A stretch of DNA of 64,000 nt. Source: Caecitellus pseudoparvulus. Lineage: Eukaryota; Protista; Bigyra: Bicosoecida. A program made the position numbers and the translations under genes. Positions 49,824 through 59,780 of this stretch are shown in pieces. How positions within the stretch are numbered: the stretch's first letter is position 1; the number at the start of each line of letters is the position of its first letter. The stretch is from contig CBFFRQ010000013.1 in the NCBI GenBank assembly GCA_965644315.1, positions 744,001 to 808,000 of the forward strand, written 5' to 3'. A model generated the notes under the pieces. It saw only the letters and a list, made by a program, of their open reading frames with translations, ran no database searches and was not told the origin of the DNA.

Positions 49824-52800
49824 ATGGCAAGGCATGGCGCTGAGACGTATGACGAGTTGAAGCAAGCTGGCACTGAGCAGTTCAAGGCAGGGGCTTTCGC
49901 AGCGGCGAGGGAGTTGTACCTGCAAGCTGCAAAGCAAGCGGCGTCAGCGAAGGAGCGCGCAGTAGCGTTCAACAATGCCGCGACGGCAGCATACAGGGCC
50001 AACGACTTCGAGACCTGTGTCGAGCACGCCACACATGCTCTGGAAGCTCAGCCCGACTACGTGAAGGCGCTGTACCGTCGTGCACAAGTGAGTCCCAGCA
50101 GCGCCCACAACACCCGGCACTAGCCACACCATTCTTCTACCTCACAGGCGCACGCGGCGAGCGGCCAAGGCAAGGAGGCCATGCGGGACGTGGAAGCAGT
50201 GCTGCGCCTGGAGCCATCGAATTCCGCAGCTCGATCCCTGGCGACTGGCATTATGTCAGGTTCAGCGGCATCGCAGGGCGCTGCGGCACGCCTAAGCAGT
50301 AGTGAAGCAAGCATGTCAGCGTCTCAGCGGTCCTTGGCACGTGTAGCTGCCGCGACGACAATGGATGAGAAGATTGCCGTGGCCGTGGAGGACGCTGTGG
50401 AAGCAGCCAGCGAAGCGACCTTCAAGGAGCAAGCCATGCTCCTGGGGGGCCTGCTGCAGGACGCGCTGGGCGCTGTGGCCTTTGCAGAAGCGCAGAGCCT
50501 GCCCCGGCTGCTGGATGCCGCCCATGCCTGCCCAGCCGAGACAGCTGGCTTGGCCCGGCAGTTGTTGCAGGGTCCCACACCCTCCCGCGTGTACTTGCTT
50601 CGGCAACTCGCGACACCGGGGACAGCTCGCAAGCTGCTGCGCCAAGGGGAATCTGGCGCATCTGCAGAGGCCTGGAGTGCCTCTGGCGCTGGCCTGTACG
50701 CCGCAGCGCTGCACAAGTACGCGCGTGAAGGCAGCGAGCCGACCGTGCGTGCCGAGTCGGAAGCCTTGCAGTCCTTGCGCCGGGTGGCCATCCCTGTGCT
50801 GAAGGACATCGTGACACAGCGACAGGACAACAAGGCCCGCCTGGCTGCCTTGGACGCCATGGCCCACGCAGTGGTAGGGGAAGAGGGGGCCCGCATCATG
50901 CTCGGCAGTGGCGCTTTGCGGGTGCTGGTGTCTGCGGCTGCGACCCAGCCAAGCCTCGCACCAGGCGCAGGCGACGGAGGTCCACAGGGGTCAGCCGCCC
51001 TCGCCGAGCGTGTGCAAGCTGCTGCCTCGGCCACACTGGCGGCCACGCTGCAGCGGCTGCGGGGCGGTTCCGCGTCATCCGACACTCACCTGCGGGGTGT
51101 GCTGCTTGGGCAGTGCCAGCACGCTCTGCGTTCTCTGGGAGAGGGCGCGTGGAAAGCCGCCCAGGAGGAGGAGGCAGACGAAGCTGTTCGGCAGCAGGTG
51201 CGGGCTGACGAGAAGGAGCACGAGCGTGGCGTCCGCAGGCGCATGGCCGCAGAGGCGCGGGGGGAGGCAGCGGTGGACGCCGCTGGTGGCGCGGCCGAGC
51301 ACAAGGAAGGCGCCGAGGCAGCGGAGCCCGTCCCAGGCTCCGACTCTGACCCGCGCATGTCCGAGCTCAAGGCCCGCGAAGCGGCTCGGGCGGAGGCGCT
51401 GGGAACCCTACCACACACCAGCCTGGACCCGCTGGAAGGCGAGCGTGTGTGTCGTCTGCTGCACACGGCTTTCCTGACACACCCCGACGTGGCCGAGGGC
51501 TTGCTGCTGCGAACGAGCTTCCGATGCTTGCTGGGGGCGTGTGGGCGCAGCTCCCGCCCAGAGACGCAGGTCGCCATGTGCGACCTGCTCTCCATCGTAG
51601 TGGGCGACAAGGAAGGCGGCGGCGACGGCATCGTGGGGCAGGGCATGCTGAAGCTGCTAGGCGAGCTGGCAGACGCAGATGCCATCTCTGTCAAGTCTGC
51701 AGCCACTGTGGCCCTGGCTAAACTCACAAGCGGCAGTCTGGCGCCACAAGGCGGCGGTGGGGCGGGGCTGGGCGACGCAGCTGCTGTCGCGGCAGTGCAG
51801 AAGGCGGCTGGACCAGGGGCGCTGTCCGCCGAGGAGGCGCAGCGCCTGGCCAAGGAAATGTCTGCCAAGGCCAAGGCCGCTGCTGTGGAGAGCGTGTTCA
51901 CAGCTGTTCGGGGGTTGCTGGTCAGTGCCGTGGAACTGCTGCCGGCAGCCGGGGGGGGGCGCGTCGAGGGAACTCGCGCGACGACTGAGGCAGGGGCCGG
52001 CAGCGTTGTGGCGCGGTCTCTGGAGGCGCTGGGCGCCATAATCGGCCGCACAAGTATCAAGGGGAGCCTCATGCGGGAGCCTGCAGCTCTGGATGCACTG
52101 CTACGTGTGCTGCACGCACTGGGCCACGGTGCCGCCGTTCCTCCCCGCAAAGGCGCTGAGCGCGGCTCAGCTGGGCATAAGGAGGGGCAGCTCAGCGCAG
52201 CAGCACGCTTCGCAGCCCTGTGTGGTGGCTCCCCCACCCTGCTGGGCGCTGCTTTCATCGTGTACGCCCTTACCATGAGCGTGGACCAGCAGCGGGCGGA
52301 GGCGCTGTCTCGCATGGACCTGGATGAAGAGACGTGGCAGAAGTTCCAGGCGCTGACGTCAGGAGGGGATGACAGCGCAGAGGTGGCCGACCCCCCCGAG
52401 GCGGTGACCGAGAGGGTGAAGAAGCTCCTGGCGTTCCAGGAGGCAGTGCAGGATGCCGGGACCGCTGCCGCTGACGTGGCAGCAGGCGTGGTGGCCAGCG
52501 GCACGCCCACGGAGGAGCCCGCCGCCTCCACCACCGCCCTCACCGTCATTGGCGTCCTCGCTGGACTGCACCACGTCGTGGAGGAGCTGGCTGTAGCAGC
52601 CGTAGGCTCAGATGGCGCCCACGCCATCATCTTCGGAGGCGGCTCAGGTACAGAGCAGCGCAAGAGCTCCAAGGCGCTGGCAGGGCGCTCCACCATGGTG
52701 AACGAGCTCCTGGCGCGTGCCATGCTGGGGCTGGTGGCGCCACAAGACCAGGGCTTGCGGGGGCGCATCGTGCAGCTGGGCGGCGTTGGCCTGCTGCTCT

Positions 52801-53942
52801 CCCTGGCCCGGCCAAAGCGCAACACCGGCACGGGAACACTGCAGGCGGCCCAAGCCCTCGCCCGTCTCCTCATCTCCACCAACCCAGCCTTGCTGCCCCA
52901 GTCCCAGCTCCTGGACTGTGTGGGGCCGCTAGTTGCCCTGGCCAAGGTGCAGGACAGCTCCGCTGCCGCCGCCGCCGGCAGCGGTGCTGGTGCGGCGCAA
53001 GGCGCCTCGTTCGACGCCAACACCGGCTCCGTCGCCCTGCAGCGCTTCGAAGCTGCGATGGCGCTGACGAACCTTGCGTCACACTCGGTGGAAACGCGCA
53101 ACGTCATGCTGGCGGCGGGCGCTCTCTCAGCGCTGCAGTCCCTGCAGTTCGATGGACACCCCATGGTGCGGCGGGCTGCCACTGGCGCTGTGAGCAACTT
53201 TGCAGCGACAGAGGCTGGCCGGCGCGCCATCACCGGCAGCAACCTCAAGCTATGGTGTGCCATGACAGAGGCGTACTGGGAGGACGCCGACACTGCGGTG
53301 GCTGCTGCGGGCGGGCTGGCCCGTGCCACTAGCACGGAGTATGACGTGAGCGAGCGTGTGGTTCGCTCCGAGGGCGTGCAGTGGGTGGACTCGGAGGAAG
53401 AAGCAGACACGTCCACGAAGCTGCACGATGCGGGCCGGACCGCCTCAAAAGCCGTGCTGGCAGGGGGGGGCGTGTCAGCCCTCACAGCTGCCATGCTGTC
53501 GGGTATCGGCGACCTGCAGCACCGGTGCCTGGTGGCCCTGCGGAACCTGCTGTTCGTGCCGGGCGGCGCCAAGGCCCTGTCAGAGCCCGTCGACATTGAC
53601 GTGTCCTTCGCTGATGACGGCGGGGGAGAAGACGGCGATGGCGCAGCGCAGGGTGACCCGGGCAGCAAGGTCACCGTGGTGCCGCTGGCGGTGGCCACGG
53701 CCATCGTGAAGGGTACACCACTGCCCTCTTGGCAAGCTCTCCAAGATGGGCAGGACGGCGAGGGGGGGCTCGGACACGCCACCGTGGACTCCCCCGTGCT
53801 GCGCTCCGTGGCCACTGAGTTGGTGGTGGCCGCACAGAAGCAACTCACAGGCAAGGAGCCGTTGCACGGATTTGGTGGCAGCACGTCCGGTCTGGACATC
53901 GTCCACGAAGAGCAAAAGGGAGGCCAAGCAGCTGAAGAATGA
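49824..53942 (+). CDS. UNC45: UNC-45-like myosin chaperone (TPR + armadillo/UCS domain); intron 50088-50147
   Basis: TPR: LKQAGTEQFKAG..AFNNAA..YVKALYRRAQ..LRLEPSN. UCS: RGRIVQLGG, AAQALARLLISTNP, LQRFEAAMALTNLAS, HPMVRRAAT, AAAGGLA, LQHRCLVALRNL. Confidence 0.88.
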
Positions 53943-54033
53943 ATGCAAGAGCGTGGGGACGCAAAGCTGAAACTTCCCTCAGCATGGGCCTGAGCAATGT
54001 GTCAAGCAGGAAAATGTCGTTGTGGCTGGCAGC

Positions 54034-54040
54034 AAAAAAA
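54034..54040 (-). terminator. RNA polymerase III oligo-T terminator of tRNA-Trp
   Basis: T7 run on the minus strand just downstream of the tRNA 3' end. Confidence 0.85.
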
Positions 54041-54041
54041 G

Positions 54042-54114
54042 TGACCGGGACGGGACTCGAACCCGCAACCGCACGATTTGGAATCGTACGCGCTACCAAT
54101 TGCGCCACCCAGCC
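54042..54114 (-). tRNA. tRNA-Trp (CCA), intronless
   Basis: GGCTGGG/CCCGGTC acceptor stem, TGGCGCAATTGGTAGCGC D-arm, TACGA-TTCCAAA-TCGTG anticodon arm, GCGGG-TTCGAGT-CCCGT T-arm. Confidence 0.97.
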
Positions 54115-54297
54115 GTGATGTTAGTGGTGGTTTCTTTTGAGAATCTATTACTGTCCACTTTTGTCACTCACTCCTCGAGGGTCAGGACGCCTTCCCTCGC
54201 ACCCTCCCGCCACACGACCGTGGCCTACGAGCATGGAGGCGCTTTCCTGCACCCCCAAAACAAAAAAATCAATACACTCTTCGGATTCATCTTCACA

Positions 54298-57200
54298 ATG
54301 GCGAAGGGGTTTCGTTGCAGTGTGAGAAAAATCATGGTGCAGTCGTACTCAGCAGCAGCGACGCTTCTCCAGGTGCTTGCCACAACGAGTTCGTGGCTGG
54401 TTCCCTGCCTAGGGCTTTGCGCTGTCGCTGTGCTTGCAGCTGTGCACTATGCAGGGTTGCAGGTGCATGTACTGGGGTGCTGCATTTGCAACGTGAGGTG
54501 GAAGAAGCGCCTGACCGCTCGTCGCGTTTCGCTCGCGTTTCCGTTTGGGACAGACGCTTTGGGGTGGGCCGCCCTACGACTGCGGGTTGAGGAGTTAGTG
54601 CTGCACAGGCGCCCGGAAAAGAAGGAACCAGCCCCACACAAAGATTCTACCGTGCTTGACCACGGGAATCCCGTGTTCAGCTGGCTGAAGCGCCATGCGA
54701 CGTGGGCCTCCCGTTGTCCTCCCCTCGCGCTGCATGTGGGAGCGCTGCGTGTCGAGGCTTCCCCAGATCTGCGAGTGAAAGCGTCTGACCTTTGCCTCGG
54801 TGCATCTTGGACTCCCTCGCGTGTGTCTCTGACCATGTCAGTGAGGGATGGCGAAGCAAGCGCCGGTGCGGTCCTCGGCGCGCTGCGCTGTGAGACAACT
54901 TGCTCCCTTGCAGGATTCGGCTCCCAGGCAGCACCCGTGCGCCTGGCGCTCATCCTGGACGAGCCCGCTGCCACTCTTGACCTTCCCGCCGACTGCATCG
55001 TGTCGGGGAGCACTTCTGCGAGCACGTCTCCAAGCGACCGCGGGCTTGAACACGCTCGTCAGCCCCTGCTCCAGGTGCAGGCATCCGCTCGTGAGCCAGT
55101 GGCTGCCTCGTGGAGCTCCACTGCTGGAGTGAAGTGGGACGCACCTTCACTGGAGGTGGGCCTTCGTGTGGTGCCCTCGAAACGTGCTGCTGCAGTCCTG
55201 CACTTTGCCGGGACAGCCGCAGGCATGTCGTTGCCACGGCCGGGTGGTGGGCAGCATGAGTACTCGTTAGAGTTCTCATCGGGCGAATGCTCGAGCTGGG
55301 TTGGCGCAACTGCTGCCCTTCATACAGGCTTAAGTGTACCTAAGCCTGACCGCCGCACTGGAACTCGCGCAGTGTTGAAGGCTTGCTCAGGGACGGTAGG
55401 CATAATTATTGGAGCTGGGGCGCGCTCGTGCACGGGGCAGTTGGTGACTGAGAGGGCAGACATCGCCACTTGCATCACCTCTAGCAAAGGGGAAGGTGCG
55501 TGTGGTATGCTGGTGCAGGATTTGCAGGTTTTGTCGAAGTTATCCAAGCTCCGCCCCACAGCGGGCGCCCAGCGCACCGCAGCACCTCTGAATAAAGGCC
55601 TGATTGACCGTGCATGGGACATCAACATCTCCCTGCAGGCGAAAGCAGTATCGGCTGCTTGTGGGGGCGTGGCTGCTGAGTGCCAAGGCTTGGCGTGCAC
55701 CATGCGGCATGAGGGAACGAAGGAGCACACCCTACAAGCGTTGAGGAGTCGAGCCGGGCTCGCGCGTGACGTGCAGCAGCGCCTCTCCGGTATGTTTGGT
55801 TGTGAGCTGACCCTTGCCTGGCAGGGTGTGGTGCTCAAAACAGAACAAGCGAACGTCTTTGCACTTCGCGGTGGCGAGGTGGGGGGCAGCATGGCGATGT
55901 GCAGTCCCCTGCTTGGCCCCGATTGGGATGCGCTGCGGGTTGTCAGCGTGTGCCCAGCAGATGGATTGACAGTCGTTCAGCGGCCGTGGGGGCGGCCTTC
56001 TGAGGGCTCGGGTGAATCCTCAGGCGCGCCACCGGCAGGGCAGGTCATGTTGCAAGGCTCCAGCGCTCCCATGCTCATGTTCTGGACCTTGCAGGGAAGC
56101 ATTGGTGCTGTGGCAGTTCCAGACGTGGCTGGAGTGGCGCAGAGCATTGCGAGGTGGGGTGTGCTGGTTGCCCAGTGGGCGCCTGTGGGGTGGGACTGCG
56201 CGGGGCGCGCCGCAGCGCCTCCGGCTCCTGCCTGGTGGGACTCTGCACGAAGCAGGCTATGTTGCGATGCCCGTTTGACTATCGGCGAAGTATCGCTGGG
56301 CAGTGAAGCCTGGCGCTTGACCGCCAGCACGTGTGTGTTCGAGAGGGTCGTGCAGCGAGCCGGAGCTCCATCGCTCTCCGTGCAGTGTCAGGACGGTGTG
56401 AAGTGCTGGCTTGCGAACGAGACGCAAGAGGCAGCGCTCTTGCCTGGCATGTCCATCATGCTGCACACTGAGCGTGTGGATGGGTTCGAGGCTGAGGCTT
56501 CAGCCATAGGCGACTGCGCCTCGCTTGGTCCTCGCGAATTCTGGGAGCGTCGTCGCGTCCAAGCATGGCACGTGCGCCTTGACGTGGAAGGGGTACTCAC
56601 CGAACACGAGCAATGTGTGCAGCTCCAGGCCACCGTTCCCGCCCTGGAGGCTTTCATTGCTGCAATGCGGCGCCCTGGTGTTGCCAAACGCAGTACTTTG
56701 CATCGCCGAACTGCTGCGTCGCCTGTTGACTGTGTCGCGGGTGTGTCCATCCGCACGGTGTTCTCAGGGATTCCCGTGGATGTGGCCATCCTAGATTCTG
56801 ACACGGAGTCCCAGGGTGCTGTGCTCTGTGCCCAGGGGTTGGCCTGGGATTTGCACTTAGTCGGTGCACAGGAGGCACTGCGGGCAGCTGTGGGTGTGCC
56901 TGGTGAAGCGTCCACCACTGTCAAACTTGGAGAGGCTTGCATTGGGGCATTGTGCGAAGGCACGGTCGCTGCGGCCTGTGCTATGTCTCGCGAAGCCTGG
57001 GGAATGCCGAGGCCGGAGGCCCCCTCCACAGCTGTTCCAGGAGCTTGTGTCGGTTTGGGACACTGCAGCTCCGTGCTTGTCACATGGAAGCCTGGAGACA
57101 CCGCCGTCACAGTGCCTGGTTTGCAAGCACTGTACTCAGCAGACCAGCAAGCGGAGTGGGTCGCTGCCTGGACGTTACTGGCTGGGCTGACCTCTGTCAC

Positions 57201-59604
57201 AGCTGCAGGGTCCCAAGGTCGCACCACGAAAGGTGCCCAGTGGACTGTGGACCTTTCCGGAGCTCAGCTGGCCGCCCTGTCTTCCGCCCCAACTGCCCTG
57301 ACCCCTTCACCACCGTGTGTCATGTGCACATGTGAGGCTGTTTGCGTGTCTGCACCACGGGGAACAGCAAAGGAGCTGCTGGAAGCCAGTGGCGCACTTG
57401 GAGGAGCTCTGCGGGACTCGGCAGCCCGAAAGCAGGCCTTGAGCCCCCCCGCAGCTGGAGTGGAAGGGTTCCTTCCCGTCCCTCGAACCCCCATGTCAAC
57501 CGTTCGCGGCGGAGATGCAGTTCCGAGCGGGGGGGGCACCCCTCACGTGACCCCGGAAACTGCGGCCGAAGGCACACCTCAAGCTTCCGTGCGGACGCCC
57601 ATGGGCAGCGGCGCTTCCCGCAGGCGCAAGCACCGGCATACACCTTCCTTGTCTAGTATGGGAGCGCTGGCACAGGCACTGCAGGAAGACTTGGATGCTG
57701 CAGAAGATCCTGCCGCATCGTGCAGCCCATCAGTGTCCACCGCTACGCAAGTCGACGTGCAAGGCTTGCAAGTCTGGGTGCTGCCCTTTGGCGTGGATGG
57801 TGTCCCCAGCGCTGCCACCCCCCACAGCACCGCCACACCTCGCAGCGCTGTTGACACCTCCTCAAGGTTCTCGGTAAGCGCTGTGGAGGGTGCAGCGCAG
57901 GCGCCCTTGCTTGCAGGCTTGCCGTGGGTGCAAAGTGTTGGACAGCCCTCCGGTGCCACTGAGCCCCTCCCCGCGGTATCCAGCACCAGCTCCTCTCAAG
58001 CAGGCCTTCTCCGGCAACTGATTCTGTGGTCAAGCGTTCACGCTGTTTTGGTTTTGCCGCGCAGTCGCGCTTCTGAGGTCCAGCCGCTGCTCTCAGCTTG
58101 CATGCCAGTGCTGCAAGTGGAGCTGGATCCCGCGTTCCTCCGCTCCGTCGCAGCTGTGGTGAAGGCCCTGACAAGAAGTCGACGCGCCCCTTCAACGGCA
58201 CCTGTGTCTCCAACTCAGCGAGCGAGGCAATGGATACTGCAAGGCGTCGTGCAGAAAGCCCAGATCCTGCTGTGCGAGACTGGTTGCCCCCAGCCTGCAG
58301 CAGTGCTGGACGTCACGAGCCTGCGTAGTGAATGGCGCGCAGACGACCAATCAGACATGCAGCACCTTGTCTTGGACGTGGGATGGCTGCATTTGCTGCG
58401 CTTGCGCAGCCCCCCCACTCCCCCCAGCGGGGCCAAGCCACCTGCTGGCAGCAGTCGCGAAAACAGAGACGGGCAGGTGGTGTTAGGTGGCTGTGCACTG
58501 GAAGAGCGCACTTTGCTGCCTTCTGCACGCATGCTGTCCATATCCATCACTTACTTGGACCAGTCGGAAGCAGTTGAGCATGCCGTTGCCGCTGCTGGCC
58601 CTCCGGTCAACTGGTACACTCAAGCTCCAGAGCAGAACCCTCGGCAGGTTACAGGGGCCTTCGTTCAGCAGCTGAACATATCCTGGTTTCCACAGCTGGC
58701 GGGTGCGCTCGTCTTGAACCTGACGCCATGGGATGCGACGTTCTTGCATGCATTTGTGCGCACAAAGTCCAAGTCAAGAGCCGCGGAGGAGGAAGGTGCC
58801 CCTGCTGCTCTGCTGGGTCCTGCGGCAGGAGGCAAGTCTGCTCCGTCTCGTGGCACGCTCAAGCGCAGGAAACCAGTACCCCCTGCAATGGACCTGGCGG
58901 GTGATGCAGAGGCTGCACCACCCCCCAGCGGTCCAGTTCACCTGGTTCAGTACCTGTCTGTGTCGAGAGTGAGTGCGGTTGTGTCTGCGCAAGGCTTCTT
59001 CAATGCGGCCCGCCCGCTGAACATGCTGTGGGTGGACCTCATGCCATGGACACGCCACAGCCGGCGGGAAAGTGCCAGCGAACTGCTCGCAGATGCAGAA
59101 GCTCACTACTCAGACCAGGTGTGGGCATATGCGTTGAAGGTGGTGTCCAAGTCGGTGCTGCCGTCCTGGACGCGCATGTTCACCCCTGCCACCGCCGCTG
59201 CCGCAAGGGAAAGCAAGGCTGTCCGCTATCAAGTGTGGCATCCTCCGCCACTGCATGTGTGCGGGGTGTGCGGTGTGCGTGGCGTGGATGGCTTCCCTGC
59301 TTCAGCCGCCGGCGGTTTTCAGCCACCAGCCCTGCAAAGCTCTGAGCCAGATGACACGCTGGCGGGGACCTGGCGGACCCTGGCAGAAGCTGTTCTGGAG
59401 GAGTCCGTGCACCCGGTTCAGGAGGGGGACCCTTGGGCGCGCGTTCCGTGGCCTCCCTTGCCAGAGCCGCCGGGAGCAGTCCCGACGCAGGCGGGCAGTG
59501 AGATTAGCAGTGCCGAGGCATGTACAGGAAGGGCCGAGGCACCTGAACTCGACGTTGGGGCAGTGCATGAGGATGCCAGCGCACTGTTGGGCGTGGGGCG
59601 GTGA
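54298..59604 (+). CDS. Divergent bridge-like lipid transfer protein, BLTP2/Hobbit/FMP27/SABRE-like (start at ATG 54298 or 54334)
   Basis: N-terminal TM anchor and beta-rich body. PAWWDSARSRLCCDARL resembles the PWWDxxR motif of FMP27/KIAA0100. The C-terminal LVLNLT..FLHAF and YLSVSRVSAVVSAQG..LMPWTRH resemble the Apt1 region. Confidence 0.6.
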   Translation: MAKGFRCSVRKIMVQSYSAAATLLQVLATTSSWLVPCLGLCAVAVLAAVHYAGLQVHVLGCCICNVRWKKRLTARRVSLAFPFGTDALGWAALRLRVEELVLHRRPEKKEPAPHKDSTVLDHGNPVFSWLKRHATWASRCPPLALHVGALRVEASPDLRVKASDLCLGASWTPSRVSLTMSVRDGEASAGAVLGALRCETTCSLAGFGSQAAPVRLALILDEPAATLDLPADCIVSGSTSASTSPSDRGLEHARQPLLQVQASAREPVAASWSSTAGVKWDAPSLEVGLRVVPSKRAAAVLHFAGTAAGMSLPRPGGGQHEYSLEFSSGECSSWVGATAALHTGLSVPKPDRRTGTRAVLKACSGTVGIIIGAGARSCTGQLVTERADIATCITSSKGEGACGMLVQDLQVLSKLSKLRPTAGAQRTAAPLNKGLIDRAWDINISLQAKAVSAACGGVAAECQGLACTMRHEGTKEHTLQALRSRAGLARDVQQRLSGMFGCELTLAWQGVVLKTEQANVFALRGGEVGGSMAMCSPLLGPDWDALRVVSVCPADGLTVVQRPWGRPSEGSGESSGAPPAGQVMLQGSSAPMLMFWTLQGSIGAVAVPDVAGVAQSIARWGVLVAQWAPVGWDCAGRAAAPPAPAWWDSARSRLCCDARLTIGEVSLGSEAWRLTASTCVFERVVQRAGAPSLSVQCQDGVKCWLANETQEAALLPGMSIMLHTERVDGFEAEASAIGDCASLGPREFWERRRVQAWHVRLDVEGVLTEHEQCVQLQATVPALEAFIAAMRRPGVAKRSTLHRRTAASPVDCVAGVSIRTVFSGIPVDVAILDSDTESQGAVLCAQGLAWDLHLVGAQEALRAAVGVPGEASTTVKLGEACIGALCEGTVAAACAMSREAWGMPRPEAPSTAVPGACVGLGHCSSVLVTWKPGDTAVTVPGLQALYSADQQAEWVAAWTLLAGLTSVTAAGSQGRTTKGAQWTVDLSGAQLAALSSAPTALTPSPPCVMCTCEAVCVSAPRGTAKELLEASGALGGALRDSAARKQALSPPAAGVEGFLPVPRTPMSTVRGGDAVPSGGGTPHVTPETAAEGTPQASVRTPMGSGASRRRKHRHTPSLSSMGALAQALQEDLDAAEDPAASCSPSVSTATQVDVQGLQVWVLPFGVDGVPSAATPHSTATPRSAVDTSSRFSVSAVEGAAQAPLLAGLPWVQSVGQPSGATEPLPAVSSTSSSQAGLLRQLILWSSVHAVLVLPRSRASEVQPLLSACMPVLQVELDPAFLRSVAAVVKALTRSRRAPSTAPVSPTQRARQWILQGVVQKAQILLCETGCPQPAAVLDVTSLRSEWRADDQSDMQHLVLDVGWLHLLRLRSPPTPPSGAKPPAGSSRENRDGQVVLGGCALEERTLLPSARMLSISITYLDQSEAVEHAVAAAGPPVNWYTQAPEQNPRQVTGAFVQQLNISWFPQLAGALVLNLTPWDATFLHAFVRTKSKSRAAEEEGAPAALLGPAAGGKSAPSRGTLKRRKPVPPAMDLAGDAEAAPPPSGPVHLVQYLSVSRVSAVVSAQGFFNAARPLNMLWVDLMPWTRHSRRESASELLADAEAHYSDQVWAYALKVVSKSVLPSWTRMFTPATAAAARESKAVRYQVWHPPPLHVCGVCGVRGVDGFPASAAGGFQPPALQSSEPDDTLAGTWRTLAEAVLEESVHPVQEGDPWARVPWPPLPEPPGAVPTQAGSEISSAEACTGRAEAPELDVGAVHEDASALLGVGR

Positions 59605-59780
59605 CGCGAGCGGCGAGCCAGGCGGAAGCACTTGTCCACACTCCCCAATTCACACACCCTTGTCCAGCACTCCGCAGTCCCGGCGACCTCACCATCGACC
59701 TGCGCTGCCGCCCAGGCTGCCACAGCTTCGCATGCCCCGCCGATGCCCGCCGTCACTTCATGCAGTGAAGGGTCAGAGTC

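Noticed and set aside
51086-53899. 937-aa antisense ORF
   Set aside because: Mirror frame of the GC-rich UNC-45 CDS; Ala/Ser/Pro-rich with no motifs.
54022-54297. N-terminal extension of the 1860-aa ORF overlapping the tRNA
   Set aside because: It starts at GTG and reads through the antisense tRNA and AT-rich promoter-like DNA; the real start is more likely ATG 54298 or 54334.
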